From an uncultured Chthoniobacteraceae bacterium (GTDB lineage Bacteria; Verrucomicrobiota; Verrucomicrobiia; Chthoniobacterales; CAKUMP01): a DNA stretch of 64,000 nucleotides. Below, one piece after another: positions 40,427 to 50,469 of this stretch. Position numbers and translations under genes: made by a program. The first letter of the stretch is position 1; each line of letters begins with the position of its first letter. The stretch spans positions 19,399-83,398 of the forward strand of contig CBDUBV010000001.1 of the NCBI GenBank assembly GCA_965365475.1. The letters run 5' to 3'. The notes below the pieces were generated by a model. The model searched no databases, was not told where the DNA came from, and was given only the letters and a program-made list of their open reading frames with translations.

Positions 40427-41680
40427 CTACTGGGCATCCCACAGTGGCACGGCTTCTGCACTGCGCCGCTGCGGAGTAAGCGTGACAGTCCATTCGCGCT
40501 CGCCCTGCCGGATTTTGTATTGCCCGTAAAACCCCCGGAATCGCAACTCATTTTTATCCAGCTCAGACTCACCAGCTGTGGTCCAATCCTCCGTCAGCAG
40601 CCGTTGCAATCTCTGCGCGGCCTGCCGGGGCGTCCAGTCGGTATTCCACAATGCCGCATTGCGACGCCAATGAGCATTTTCATAGAATCCCCACATGTAT
40701 AGCCCTTCGACCGCCGGGTGCGCGAAGCAGAGTCTATAGAAACGCTCAAGATCGTCCGCCTGAGCCTCTTCGGTCATGCCTTTGTAGGCGAGATCGAACT
40801 CGGTGATCTTCACGGGAAGCCCGAAGGATCCCAGTTTATCAAGTATTTCCCACAATTTTTCTGACTCCGGCAGCGGTCCATGAAAATGTGCCTGGTCTCC
40901 GATGCCGCCGATCTCCGCTCCGTTGGCCAGCAATTCGCGGATGTGCGCCACATACCGATCGACCTCGTTGCCCTGCAACACGCCAAATTCATTTACATAA
41001 AATGTCATGCCCGGAGCAATTTCCTTGGCCCATTTGAAATAAGCAGCACCATTCTCGAGCCCAAGTTTCTCGGCAAAGATATCCTGGTGCATCATTTCAT
41101 TGTTCAAATCCCATTCATCGATTTTTCCAGAAAATACTTCCTGGATTTGCCGCATACGCCCCAGTATGCGGTCTTTCGTTTCCTCGGGCGGCAGGTCGAT
41201 CAGCCACTGCGGTTGCCAGCGTTTCACACCCCACATTACGCAATGTCCGCGTATGAATAAATTCTGTTGCTGACACCACTCATACAGGGCAAGAGCACTC
41301 TCCGGGGTGGAAACCCCATCCTCGCGCTCCATAAATTGCCATTTCATATGGTTCTCAGCCACAGCGGCACTGAACAACGTGGTTACAATCCGCGTATAGT
41401 TTTGGACGTCCTCGTCAGATCTCGGTGTGCGGATCAGCCTGGCACCATCAATGCCTAGAAATCCTGGAGCGATGGCCACTCCGAATTCGAAGTGATGCCG
41501 AAAAAGTCGATAGCTTACCGGCCCATCCGCAGCTTTCCACCCCGGAAGGATGACGCTGCAATCTCCCTTGCGCGTGGTCTCGATACGCTCTTCCAACGCG
41601 CTTACCGAAAAGTCCTGCATGGCGCACGCTCCGGTTGCAAACACTATGCCGACAAGCAACGTTCGAAAATAACTATTCAT
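40427..41680 (-). CDS. glycoside hydrolase family 10 (endo-beta-1,4-xylanase-like), secreted
   Basis: Start at ATG 41680 (MNSYFRTLLVGIVFATGACA). GH10 catalytic-Glu contexts WDLNNEM and KITEFD. Confidence 0.88.
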   Translation of the reverse strand: MNSYFRTLLVGIVFATGACAMQDFSVSALEERIETTRKGDCSVILPGWKAADGPVSYRLFRHHFEFGVAIAPGFLGIDGARLIRTPRSDEDVQNYTRIVTTLFSAAVAENHMKWQFMEREDGVSTPESALALYEWCQQQNLFIRGHCVMWGVKRWQPQWLIDLPPEETKDRILGRMRQIQEVFSGKIDEWDLNNEMMHQDIFAEKLGLENGAAYFKWAKEIAPGMTFYVNEFGVLQGNEVDRYVAHIRELLANGAEIGGIGDQAHFHGPLPESEKLWEILDKLGSFGLPVKITEFDLAYKGMTEEAQADDLERFYRLCFAHPAVEGLYMWGFYENAHWRRNAALWNTDWTPRQAAQRLQRLLTEDWTTAGESELDKNELRFRGFYGQYKIRQGEREWTVTLTPQRRSAEAVPLWDAQ

Positions 41681-41694
41681 TAAAGAAAATCCTC

Positions 41695-43461
41695 CTATTG
41701 CGTGGTATCCTTTGCGCGTTGCGCAGCCCGAATCGGGTCCAGGGAAAATTTCTCCGTGCGATCTGCGTAATACAATCCATTGCACTCCTGCGACACATCG
41801 GTGAGCTGGGTAAAGCAATAGCCGAAACACGCTGGGTGATCGAGCTGCACGGCGCACATGGCTTCGAATCGGGCATAGTATTCTTCCAAAGTTTTCGGCG
41901 CCTCGCCATACCCCCAGGAGCCTTCTTTCGCCGGCCACTGCATTCCCCCAAACTCGCTTACAAAAAACGGCTGCCCTGCATAACCGATGTTGTGCGGCCA
42001 ATGATTCATTCTTTCCCAGAGCCGAGTTCCAGCGGGCTCAGTGGTGTAGTCGATGATCTTCTTCAGTTCTGCGGCATCCTGATTGTAAGTGTGGTGATCG
42101 TATATATCTGTCTCGGGCAGGATGTGCCCCCACCCGGACACGGCGACCACGGGCCGCGTGCGGTCGGCCAGTTTCGCAGCATGAAACATAGCCCGCATGT
42201 TGGCCTCCCGCTCCACCTCGGCGCCCTCGCGCCGGGTGGCTTCGTTCATCGGACACCATCCGATGATGCTTGGATGGTTGTAATCTCGTTCCAATGCTTC
42301 GAGCCATTCCACTACAAAGTTCGTATCCCAGATGTTGCCAGGTTTCTGCTCTGGATATGGCCATTGACACCAATCTGGAAACTCTCCCCAAACCAAATAT
42401 CCCATGCGATCTGCATGAGTGAGGAAACGTTCCTCAAAAATCTTCTGGTGCAACCGCGCTCCATTGAATCCCGCAGCCATCGAGATGCGGATATCGCGCT
42501 GCAGTTCTTCATCGCTGGGCGCAGTCAGAAGTCCATCCGGATAATACCCCTGATCCAAAACCAGTTTTTGATAGACAGATTTATCGTTGATCAAAAACCG
42601 GTTGCCCTCGAGCACAAGCGACCGCAACCCGGCATAAGTATGAACCGTGTCACAGACGGTTGCATCTGCATTTAAAAGTTCGATCGTGATGTCGTAAAGA
42701 TGAGGCGCGCCCGGCTCCCATAGCCGACAGAACTTTTCAGGGATTGACAAAAATAGATGACCCACAAAATCCACTCCCACGCGTGAAGTCGTGGACGCTA
42801 TCTCACATCCTTCCATATGAAGCCGGGCGCGAATGGATTGACCTCTTTTCCCCCCAGTCACCGATTGTTCGATATGGAAAGCTCGTTGCTCAACCAGAGG
42901 AGTCATGCGCGGACGCCTCAGCCATGTCTGTGGCACAGGCTCCATCCATACCGTTTGCCAGATTCCCGTGGTGCGCTGATAGAAACAACCGGTGTTGTTG
43001 ACCTGCACAGACTGCTTGCCGCGAGGCTGCCTGGTCCGCCAATCATCTCGACATCGCACACAGAGAGTAGCCTCCTGACCTTGCAGCCAATCGGTGATGT
43101 CAAAAAAGAAACTGGTGTGTCCTCCTCGATGATACGCCACTTTTCTCCCATCCACCCAAAGCGTGGTCTCATAATCAGCTGCTCCGAAATGCAATAACAC
43201 GCGCTGGCCTTCCCATTCAGGCGGGATCGCAACTACTTTCCGATACCATACCGCCAGGCAGCGATCCTCGCGTTCTAGTCCCGAGAGCTTTGATTCCCGA
43301 CAGAATGGCACCACGATGGACTCCGCATATTGCTTCTCCACCAATCCGCGCTCCTCCCCACTGTCCCCAGGGTCCTCCTGGTAGTTCCATGGTCCGTTTA
43401 GATTCAGCCACTGCGAACGGACCATTTGTGGCCGTGGATATTCAGGACGAGGCGTGATCAT
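41695..43461 (-). CDS. glycoside hydrolase family 2 protein
   Basis: MITPRPEYPRPQMVR.. N-terminus, GH2 sugar-binding/Ig/TIM order, WCPMNEA acid/base context. Alternative start at 43503. Confidence 0.85.
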   Translation of the reverse strand: MITPRPEYPRPQMVRSQWLNLNGPWNYQEDPGDSGEERGLVEKQYAESIVVPFCRESKLSGLEREDRCLAVWYRKVVAIPPEWEGQRVLLHFGAADYETTLWVDGRKVAYHRGGHTSFFFDITDWLQGQEATLCVRCRDDWRTRQPRGKQSVQVNNTGCFYQRTTGIWQTVWMEPVPQTWLRRPRMTPLVEQRAFHIEQSVTGGKRGQSIRARLHMEGCEIASTTSRVGVDFVGHLFLSIPEKFCRLWEPGAPHLYDITIELLNADATVCDTVHTYAGLRSLVLEGNRFLINDKSVYQKLVLDQGYYPDGLLTAPSDEELQRDIRISMAAGFNGARLHQKIFEERFLTHADRMGYLVWGEFPDWCQWPYPEQKPGNIWDTNFVVEWLEALERDYNHPSIIGWCPMNEATRREGAEVEREANMRAMFHAAKLADRTRPVVAVSGWGHILPETDIYDHHTYNQDAAELKKIIDYTTEPAGTRLWERMNHWPHNIGYAGQPFFVSEFGGMQWPAKEGSWGYGEAPKTLEEYYARFEAMCAVQLDHPACFGYCFTQLTDVSQECNGLYYADRTEKFSLDPIRAAQRAKDTTQ

Positions 43462-43511
43462 GGTAGTAAAGGTGCAACCAAAAAGTGATGCCCAGGCAGA
43501 CAATAAAATTT

Positions 43512-45251
43512 TTATCTGGGTTGCAAATCGAAACAGTACAAATTGCCCGATCCGCCGAAGAGTTTGTTCATTCCATAATCAGCTTGTGGCGAGGAATACC
43601 GAACAAAAAGTTGTTGTCCGGCAAGCACTGGCTCGCTGTTTACATTCGCATTCCACCCGGTATATGCGTCCACGCCAAGACTTGCAGAAGCGAGCAGCTC
43701 GACGCCCTTGTCATCCACTCGCGCAAGCCATAGACCATCATTCCCAGTGACAATCAGGATGTCGCCCACAAAAATCATCTTGTAGTGGTCCGTATCGTCC
43801 CTGCCTTTGGATGCTGTGGTGCGAAACGCATTTGTGTGCCAAAGGCGCTGTCCGGTGGCGATATCAAAACACTGGAATTGGCCAACATCCTCGCCACGAA
43901 AGGGACGGGCTTCCGGAACCCACAATCTGTTTCCGCGCATCTCGGCGCGTCCCACATAAGCATTCTGATCAAACACATACAGCCTTCCCTCCCTGGCAAG
44001 CATATTGGATTTATCAGAATGACACTCCGGCACCGTATCCAATGTCTGCCATACGAGTTTGGGTTGCCCGGCTTCAATTTTGATACACCACATCTGGGAG
44101 GTGAAATCATCGTGCCCGGTCATGTGCGCATCCACCACATAGTTCTCCCACGCGACCGGTGCATAGGCCGGGTAGGGCGCGATAAGCGACTTGGGTAGAT
44201 GCCTCAGCAGATTGTGCATGCGCTTGGTCTGCACCTCGTCGCCTTCCCACCGGCTGGACAGTTCATCGAAACGCTTTTTATACAATTCCTGGCTTTCCAG
44301 AGGCACTTTCGACAACCACCTCACGCTTCCGTCATCCGGATTAACCCCCACGGTCCCTTCGCCAAGCGATTGCATGAGCGTAGGCACGCCTTCTATTTCC
44401 GCGAAGCTGAATCGCGTGAAATGACTGCGGAACGGTGCGAGATCGAATACACGTTTCCATGCTGTGGAACCGTCGGCGATATTGACCGCCATCATGGCGC
44501 CTTTATACACGGGCGGGTGCGAAAACGTGACAATGATGGTGTCTTTCCAATGGAATCCGCCCGAAGCATTGGATTGCTTGCCATGCCAGCCGATGAGTCC
44601 CTCTTTCATGAGGCTGCGCTCCCAGATCAAACTGCCCGTCGCCGCATCCACCAGAAACAGATCGCCCGTCGGCCCGTGGAAAAAGACCTTGCCATCGACA
44701 TACAATGGTGATGCCTGAGGCCACATCGGCTGCGCGTCCGACACCGGCGTTGCATCGCTGAGTTTGGTCACCCAGAGTCGTTTACCGGTGGCGGCTTCGA
44801 AACATTGCGCGTAAAGAGTCGAAAAATACCAGTGTTTCTCCTCAAGATTCCTCTGGCGATTAGGATTGGGCTTGTCGGGCTGACTCCATAGAATGGCGTA
44901 GTTCAACGCTCCCTCCCCCACGCGATCTACCACATCCTGTGCTGACCCTATGCCCAAAGTCTTTAACTCCGCCATCGTAGGCACCGACCCGGCATCGTCC
45001 AGTTGTTCAGCAAGAGCCTCAGACTTGAACGCCCCAAACACATAAACCTTACCATCGACCACTATAGGCGGAGCTGAACCAAGGCCCGCGTTGGCCCGCC
45101 AGGCCAGTGGCGCATCCTTGCCTTCCCATCCAGTTCGAAGCTCCCTCGCGGGAAGCAATCCGTCGCGACGCGGCCCCAGATTCTGCGGCCAATCAGATGC
45201 AGCAGCGATGGACGATAGGACTGCGCCAAGCACAAACAATCTGTAAAACAT
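43512..45251 (-). CDS. secreted PQQ-like beta-propeller repeat protein
   Basis: Signal peptide MFYRLFVLGAVLSSIAAA. SDWPQNLGPRRDG, then repeated ..G..LW.. blades. Alternative start at 45287. Confidence 0.75.
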   Translation of the reverse strand: MFYRLFVLGAVLSSIAAASDWPQNLGPRRDGLLPARELRTGWEGKDAPLAWRANAGLGSAPPIVVDGKVYVFGAFKSEALAEQLDDAGSVPTMAELKTLGIGSAQDVVDRVGEGALNYAILWSQPDKPNPNRQRNLEEKHWYFSTLYAQCFEAATGKRLWVTKLSDATPVSDAQPMWPQASPLYVDGKVFFHGPTGDLFLVDAATGSLIWERSLMKEGLIGWHGKQSNASGGFHWKDTIIVTFSHPPVYKGAMMAVNIADGSTAWKRVFDLAPFRSHFTRFSFAEIEGVPTLMQSLGEGTVGVNPDDGSVRWLSKVPLESQELYKKRFDELSSRWEGDEVQTKRMHNLLRHLPKSLIAPYPAYAPVAWENYVVDAHMTGHDDFTSQMWCIKIEAGQPKLVWQTLDTVPECHSDKSNMLAREGRLYVFDQNAYVGRAEMRGNRLWVPEARPFRGEDVGQFQCFDIATGQRLWHTNAFRTTASKGRDDTDHYKMIFVGDILIVTGNDGLWLARVDDKGVELLASASLGVDAYTGWNANVNSEPVLAGQQLFVRYSSPQADYGMNKLFGGSGNLYCFDLQPR

Positions 45252-45392
45252 GCTGGCAACGCTATGAAAATGAAACTTTCGACTCAAGGCATTGAGCCAG
45301 CACCCACAAAATAGATACAGCGTGACTCGGCGCGACCCCTGGCGGCAATTTACCCTCGCTCCACGCCCCAGAGCCCGATAGCCTCCCGCACC

Positions 45393-46274
45393 ATGGCTAC
45401 GCCGCAGAATTTAATCGCGATTATTTACGACTACGACCAGACGCTAAGCCCCAACTACATGCAGGAGGAAGTGTTGTTCCCCGCGTTTGGCATCGATTCC
45501 ACGCGGTTCTGGCGGCGTTGTCACGAGCTGGTTCGTGGGGAGAACTATGAGAACGAACTGGCCTACATGAAGGTGATGCTCGACTATCTGGGCATGGATC
45601 GTCCGACAAATGCCGACCTGCGCAAACTCGGTGCCAATCTCAATTTTTACCCCGGCCTTCCGGAGATGTTCGATGAGCTGACCCAGCGCCTCCTCACTCC
45701 TGAGCATCAGGCGCATAATATCACCATAGAGCATTACATCATTTCCTCGGGGCTTCAGGCTCTCATCGAGGGCAGCCGACTGCGACCTTATGTAAAAGCA
45801 GTGTTCGGCTGTGAATTTGCTGAGGACGAACAAGGGCGCATCTCTTTTCCCAAACGCGTGATCAGCCACACGCAGAAGACTCAATTCCTGTTTCGCATAA
45901 ATAAAGGCATGCTCGACCTAACTCAGGACGTAAACGACCATATGCCGCCTGAGCTGCGTCCGGTGCCGTTCGCCAATATGATTTATATCGGCGATGGACC
46001 CACAGACGTACCTTGTTTCACCGTGATGCGCAAAGCCGGTGGCAAAGCAATCGCAGTGTATAATCCGGAGGACAATTCGCGGTTGAGCTTTAAAAAATGT
46101 TATCAACTCTGTGCTCATGCCAATCGCGTGCAGCATATCGCGCCATCGGACTTCCGCGCAGGCAGTCATCTACGTCTGCTGCTGGAAGAAATGACCACCG
46201 AGATCGCTGATTCGATCATCGCCCGCCGACGACGCGATACCGAGGAGGGCACGGTAGCTGCGCCCAGGCATTGA
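45393..46274 (+). CDS. HAD-superfamily hydrolase-like protein
   Basis: Motif I-like IIYDYDQTL and motif IV-like IYIGDGPTDVP. Confidence 0.7.
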   Translation: MATPQNLIAIIYDYDQTLSPNYMQEEVLFPAFGIDSTRFWRRCHELVRGENYENELAYMKVMLDYLGMDRPTNADLRKLGANLNFYPGLPEMFDELTQRLLTPEHQAHNITIEHYIISSGLQALIEGSRLRPYVKAVFGCEFAEDEQGRISFPKRVISHTQKTQFLFRINKGMLDLTQDVNDHMPPELRPVPFANMIYIGDGPTDVPCFTVMRKAGGKAIAVYNPEDNSRLSFKKCYQLCAHANRVQHIAPSDFRAGSHLRLLLEEMTTEIADSIIARRRRDTEEGTVAAPRH

Positions 46275-46280
46275 AAGTGG

Positions 46281-48407
46281 ATGCATTTTTTACGAACAAA
46301 ATGGTTCCAGCGCAAAGTCGTGCCCGCGCTGATTGCTCTCGGCGCGGTAGGTCTTGTATTGCTGCTGGAGTTTGCCACCATATTTGGACGTCTCCCCCGC
46401 ACCACGGACGCCATACTGCGTCTTCGTGCAGCGGCGCAGGATGAGGTGCACCAGTGGGGCAGAAAAGCCACCGCTCATCCCAATCTCATGCTTGTCGGCA
46501 TCGATGAAGCTTCTCTGACCTTGAGCGGCGTGCCGCAAGAAGACATCGCCGCGTCTGAGGCGTTGCAATGGATGAGTCGTGAATTTCCCTGGCACCGCAA
46601 GGTATATGCGCTTGCCATCGAGCGCCTGTTGGAAGCTGGCGCTGCGGTCGTGGGTGTGGACCTGCTGCTCACAGGCGAGCGCCCCGGCGACGAAGATCTT
46701 GCAGAGATTCTCGCCCGATACCCCAACCGAGTCGTGCTGGGCGCGAACATGACGGCATCGAGTCTGCAACAGGATGCGCTTGAGGTTCCCCACCTGACAC
46801 TTCCCTCAGAAACAATACTGCCAGGCATTAAAATAAATTCTCCCCGCATGGGCTATGTGAACTTCTGGCCGGATGGCGACGGCGTCGTGCGCAAGCTGCG
46901 ACTACAGACTTCGCAGCAGGAACTCATGGGCTACGCACGCCCTGCACAGGAAGAGAGATGTCTATCGTTCGCACTGGCACTCGCGATCCAAGGCGTCCGC
47001 CACAATGCAGCAGCGGACGGCGAACGAATCGTCCGACTCCCTGGGCGGGATGGGGAAATTTTTCGCCCGGTGCCGATAAGCTCGCTTTTTCAGGAAGCAC
47101 TCTGGCAACAGAATCTGCAAAGCGGCGACATTTTTAAGAATAAAGTCGTAGTGCTGGGACCGACTGCCGAGCGATTCCAGGATTTCCATGCCACGCCCTT
47201 GGGTCGGATGGCAGGACCCAGGCTGCATCTTGCCGCTCTGTCCGCTCTGTTGCAGGGCGAGTTTCTTTCCGCGACATCATCGCGCGTGAATTTGTGTTTG
47301 CTTCTTGCAGCCGCATTTCTCACGTGGTGCATCCTGGTGCTGGAGCGTCGGCCCGTGCGCGGATTGCTTTGGCTGATTGTAGCAGCGGCGGGATGGTTCA
47401 TCGCAGCAATCCTGATGTTTAATCACGCTGCGATTCTCATTCCGGTGTTTGATCCAGCTTTCATTGTTTTGGTCGGAGGAACGCTTGGCATCGGGCATCT
47501 GTTCGCGCTGGAGCAGCTGGAGAAAAATAAAGTCCGAAGCACGCTGGATCGCTATGTGTCGCGCAATGTCGTGCGGGAGATACTGGATCATCGCGAAGAT
47601 TTTTTCATTATGCTCGGAGGCACCCGCATGCCTGTGACTATCCTATTCACCGACGTGCGAGGGTTTACATCGCTCTCGGAGAATGCGGATCCCGTGGAGC
47701 TTGTCGCCCAGCTCAATGAGTACCTCGGAGCCATCGTGGAAGTCGTTTTTACAAATCAAGGAACCGTGGACAAATTCATCGGCGACGCTGTGATGGCAGT
47801 GTGGGGCAATGTGCACAGCGAAGGAGCCGAAGCCGATGCGGTGCGCGCGGTCCGCGCAGCGCTGGATATTCAGACCATGCTCGCGCGACTCAACAGCAAC
47901 TGGGCTGGCGAGGGACGCCCCATCTTTCCAACTGGAATCGGGCTGAACCATGGGGAGGCAGTATTTGGCAACATCGGTTCCCAACAAAAGATGGAGCCCA
48001 CGGTGATCGGCGATGCGGTGAATCTGGCATCCCGCGTCGAGGGGCTGACGAAGAAATATGGCATCGCGCTGCTCATTACAGACAGCGTCGCACAACTGGT
48101 GCACGGGCATTACCATTTGCGCACCGTGGATTGTGTGCGCGTGGCAGGCAAACAGTCCGGTCTCGATGTGTTCAGCGTCATCGGGCCAATTACCGAGCCC
48201 GCACCGGCATGGCTCGAGGTAAATGAACAAGCAATGCGATGTTTTCGGAGCCGGGATTTTGCTCGTGCGCGGTCACTATTTGGAAAAGTGCACGAGCACA
48301 TGCCGGAGGATTCTTTGAGTGAAAAATATATCGAACGCTGCGAGACATTCTCGCAAAACCCGCCCAATGCCACTTGGTGTGGCGAGCAAGTGTTTCAGGA
48401 AAAATGA
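46281..48407 (+). CDS. CHASE2 sensor-domain class III adenylate/guanylate cyclase
   Basis: N-terminal TM + CHASE2-like extracytoplasmic region, then three TM segments. Cyclase motifs ILFTDVRGFTSLSE, KFIGDAVMAVWG, TVIGDAVNLASR. Confidence 0.9.
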   Translation: MHFLRTKWFQRKVVPALIALGAVGLVLLLEFATIFGRLPRTTDAILRLRAAAQDEVHQWGRKATAHPNLMLVGIDEASLTLSGVPQEDIAASEALQWMSREFPWHRKVYALAIERLLEAGAAVVGVDLLLTGERPGDEDLAEILARYPNRVVLGANMTASSLQQDALEVPHLTLPSETILPGIKINSPRMGYVNFWPDGDGVVRKLRLQTSQQELMGYARPAQEERCLSFALALAIQGVRHNAAADGERIVRLPGRDGEIFRPVPISSLFQEALWQQNLQSGDIFKNKVVVLGPTAERFQDFHATPLGRMAGPRLHLAALSALLQGEFLSATSSRVNLCLLLAAAFLTWCILVLERRPVRGLLWLIVAAAGWFIAAILMFNHAAILIPVFDPAFIVLVGGTLGIGHLFALEQLEKNKVRSTLDRYVSRNVVREILDHREDFFIMLGGTRMPVTILFTDVRGFTSLSENADPVELVAQLNEYLGAIVEVVFTNQGTVDKFIGDAVMAVWGNVHSEGAEADAVRAVRAALDIQTMLARLNSNWAGEGRPIFPTGIGLNHGEAVFGNIGSQQKMEPTVIGDAVNLASRVEGLTKKYGIALLITDSVAQLVHGHYHLRTVDCVRVAGKQSGLDVFSVIGPITEPAPAWLEVNEQAMRCFRSRDFARARSLFGKVHEHMPEDSLSEKYIERCETFSQNPPNATWCGEQVFQEK

Positions 48408-48488
48408 TCTCCGCGAGATCTCTTAGCATGCGCGTCAAGTTGAGGGGATTGACACCTGCATTGCGGCCAAAGGTTGAGAATGGCGACA

Positions 48489-50435
48489 TTATTCGACGGA
48501 GTCGTTCATCTCTCCAGACTCGAGTATTGGCAACCGATACCGAAGCACCCGGAAGGAGAACATTTCTTCCAATCCATACAAGGTCGTTACATGCTCAAAC
48601 CGGTCGCTGTTTTCCAGAATCGCGAGGATGGCGGGGTTCTCTTTGCGCACCCGTTTGGCATTTGCATAAGTCACAAAAAGTGGAACCCGCTCTTCATTTG
48701 CCTCTCGGATAATTCGCTCAAACGCAGCAGTGTTCTCCTCCGCCGAGCCATCGAGCGGTTCGATCCGCGGATCGTAGCTTTGCAGTTGCCGCGCACTCGT
48801 GCCGATGGATACGGTTTTGATCGGAGGACTAGCAAAAAAACTATCCGCACCGCGCATTGCCACCACCGTCTGGCGCAGCGGCTGGCGGTCGTGTGTTCGA
48901 ATCAAGAACCGCGGCTGCGCAGTGGCCAGCAAATAATAAACGATCAATCCCACCCCCAATGCGCCTTGCAAGGAATTACGCACCGCTGGACGGCGTATGC
49001 CAGCCCATGGCATCTCCACGCCGAAAAACACCGCCATGACAAAAGCCGGTAGAAGAAAAAGCAGATACCAGGAGAAAAGAAAATTGCCCGTAAGCGAAGT
49101 ATGCACATACGCCAGCAGCCCTGCCAGCAGCGGCGGTAGCACTGCGAGCACCGCAAGCGGCCCCACCCAGAATACGCGGACCACTCCAAGCAACAACAGC
49201 GCAGGCAACAGGTAAAACATCAACCACCCCACGACTGGCTGGTTGTCCACAAGCATGTTCAACCCCAAAGCCAGCGGGACATCGGGCTCTTTCACATTGT
49301 AGCGGATGCCTGCCGCGATATGACTCCAGATGTCATACATCCACGCAACCCCCATCGTGCCCTGCGCGATATCCCTATCCAGATATAGCCGAATCTGGCG
49401 CAACGAAGGCCCCATGATTAACAAGAAAGCCATGGCGGATACCATGTTGGAAATGAAAAGGCGCCCGCTTAAAATCCATCGATCACGCGCCTCCCGGTGC
49501 AAATAAAGCAGCACCCCCAGAGCAGTCAGATTCATCGTGATGGCCAGGTACACGGCTCCAGGAAAACAAATCATATACGCAAATTGCGCACCGGCGAAAG
49601 CCATCCAGTTCCTCCAACGTCCACGCTCCACAGCCCGCATGAGGAAATAGGAACTCAGCGTGGCCAGCAGCAGCAGAAACGCGTAGCCCCGAGCTTCCAC
49701 GGAATATCGTAAGTGCCACGGGTGGATGGTGAGCAGAAACGCACACATCAACCCCAGCATGGGTCGCTTAAGGAAAGCCATCACGACAGCAACCGCTGCG
49801 ATGCCGAACAATCCGGCGATGTATGCCGGAAACCGCAGAGCCGCTTCGCTGAAAGGGCGTTCGCCATTACTGAAAAACTTCTGCCACACTTTCAGGCTGA
49901 TTTTTCCCGCGATGCTGAACAACACATGATTGTTGGCTCCGCGATTGGAAAAAAGACTCGTCTCCCAATCCACTTTCCGGAACTTGATTTGATCGTCGGG
50001 TTTCTCTTCGTAGAACCCATGGACATATCGACGCAGAGTGTATTCCTCGTCGTTCCAAAGGCTATGGGAAAGCCGCGGATAGCGTATGAGCGAAGCTCCG
50101 GTCACGATAAGAAGTAGGACAATCCAAAACCAGGCGGGACAAGCTCGTCCCCTTGGCCAGGTCTCCACCGCCAGAGACGGTGTCAACCACCAACGCGCTG
50201 TTCCAAGCAATACCAGGCACCCCAGGAAATTTACCAGGCTTCCCCACCAGATTCCCTCCTGGATGAATTCGGACAAAGATATTTTGGCTCCGGCTACGAT
50301 CTTGTCTCCCAGTGCCAGCTCCCAGGGTTTTACCCCGAAAAACGCATACCCGCCGAACACCGCAGCCAGCGCGACGAGCAGCCATATGGGCCAGCGACGC
50401 TGCGCCGGCGGTGGATAGGTTGAAAGGTCCGACAT
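48489..50435 (-). CDS. GT-C-fold polytopic membrane glycosyltransferase-like protein, paralog 1 (PMT/ArnT-like)
   Basis: 648 aa with many TM segments. First-loop SLWNDEEY (DE motif), NNHVLFS, LRFPAYIAG, IHPWHLRYSVEARGY. C-terminal soluble ~150 aa. Confidence 0.7.
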   Translation of the reverse strand: MSDLSTYPPPAQRRWPIWLLVALAAVFGGYAFFGVKPWELALGDKIVAGAKISLSEFIQEGIWWGSLVNFLGCLVLLGTARWWLTPSLAVETWPRGRACPAWFWIVLLLIVTGASLIRYPRLSHSLWNDEEYTLRRYVHGFYEEKPDDQIKFRKVDWETSLFSNRGANNHVLFSIAGKISLKVWQKFFSNGERPFSEAALRFPAYIAGLFGIAAVAVVMAFLKRPMLGLMCAFLLTIHPWHLRYSVEARGYAFLLLLATLSSYFLMRAVERGRWRNWMAFAGAQFAYMICFPGAVYLAITMNLTALGVLLYLHREARDRWILSGRLFISNMVSAMAFLLIMGPSLRQIRLYLDRDIAQGTMGVAWMYDIWSHIAAGIRYNVKEPDVPLALGLNMLVDNQPVVGWLMFYLLPALLLLGVVRVFWVGPLAVLAVLPPLLAGLLAYVHTSLTGNFLFSWYLLFLLPAFVMAVFFGVEMPWAGIRRPAVRNSLQGALGVGLIVYYLLATAQPRFLIRTHDRQPLRQTVVAMRGADSFFASPPIKTVSIGTSARQLQSYDPRIEPLDGSAEENTAAFERIIREANEERVPLFVTYANAKRVRKENPAILAILENSDRFEHVTTLYGLEEMFSFRVLRYRLPILESGEMNDSVE

Positions 50436-50469
50436 GTGCTGGCAGTGTGCAGTGGAATGGCTCTGCGTT

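Noticed and set aside
41635-42675. 346-aa ORF on the plus strand
   Set aside because: It is antisense to the GH2/GH10 genes, which carry clear family motifs.
48406-48420. Hairpin gatctc-cgc-gagatc after the cyclase gene as a terminator
   Set aside because: It has a 6-bp stem with a 3-nt loop and no T-run, which is too weak to call.
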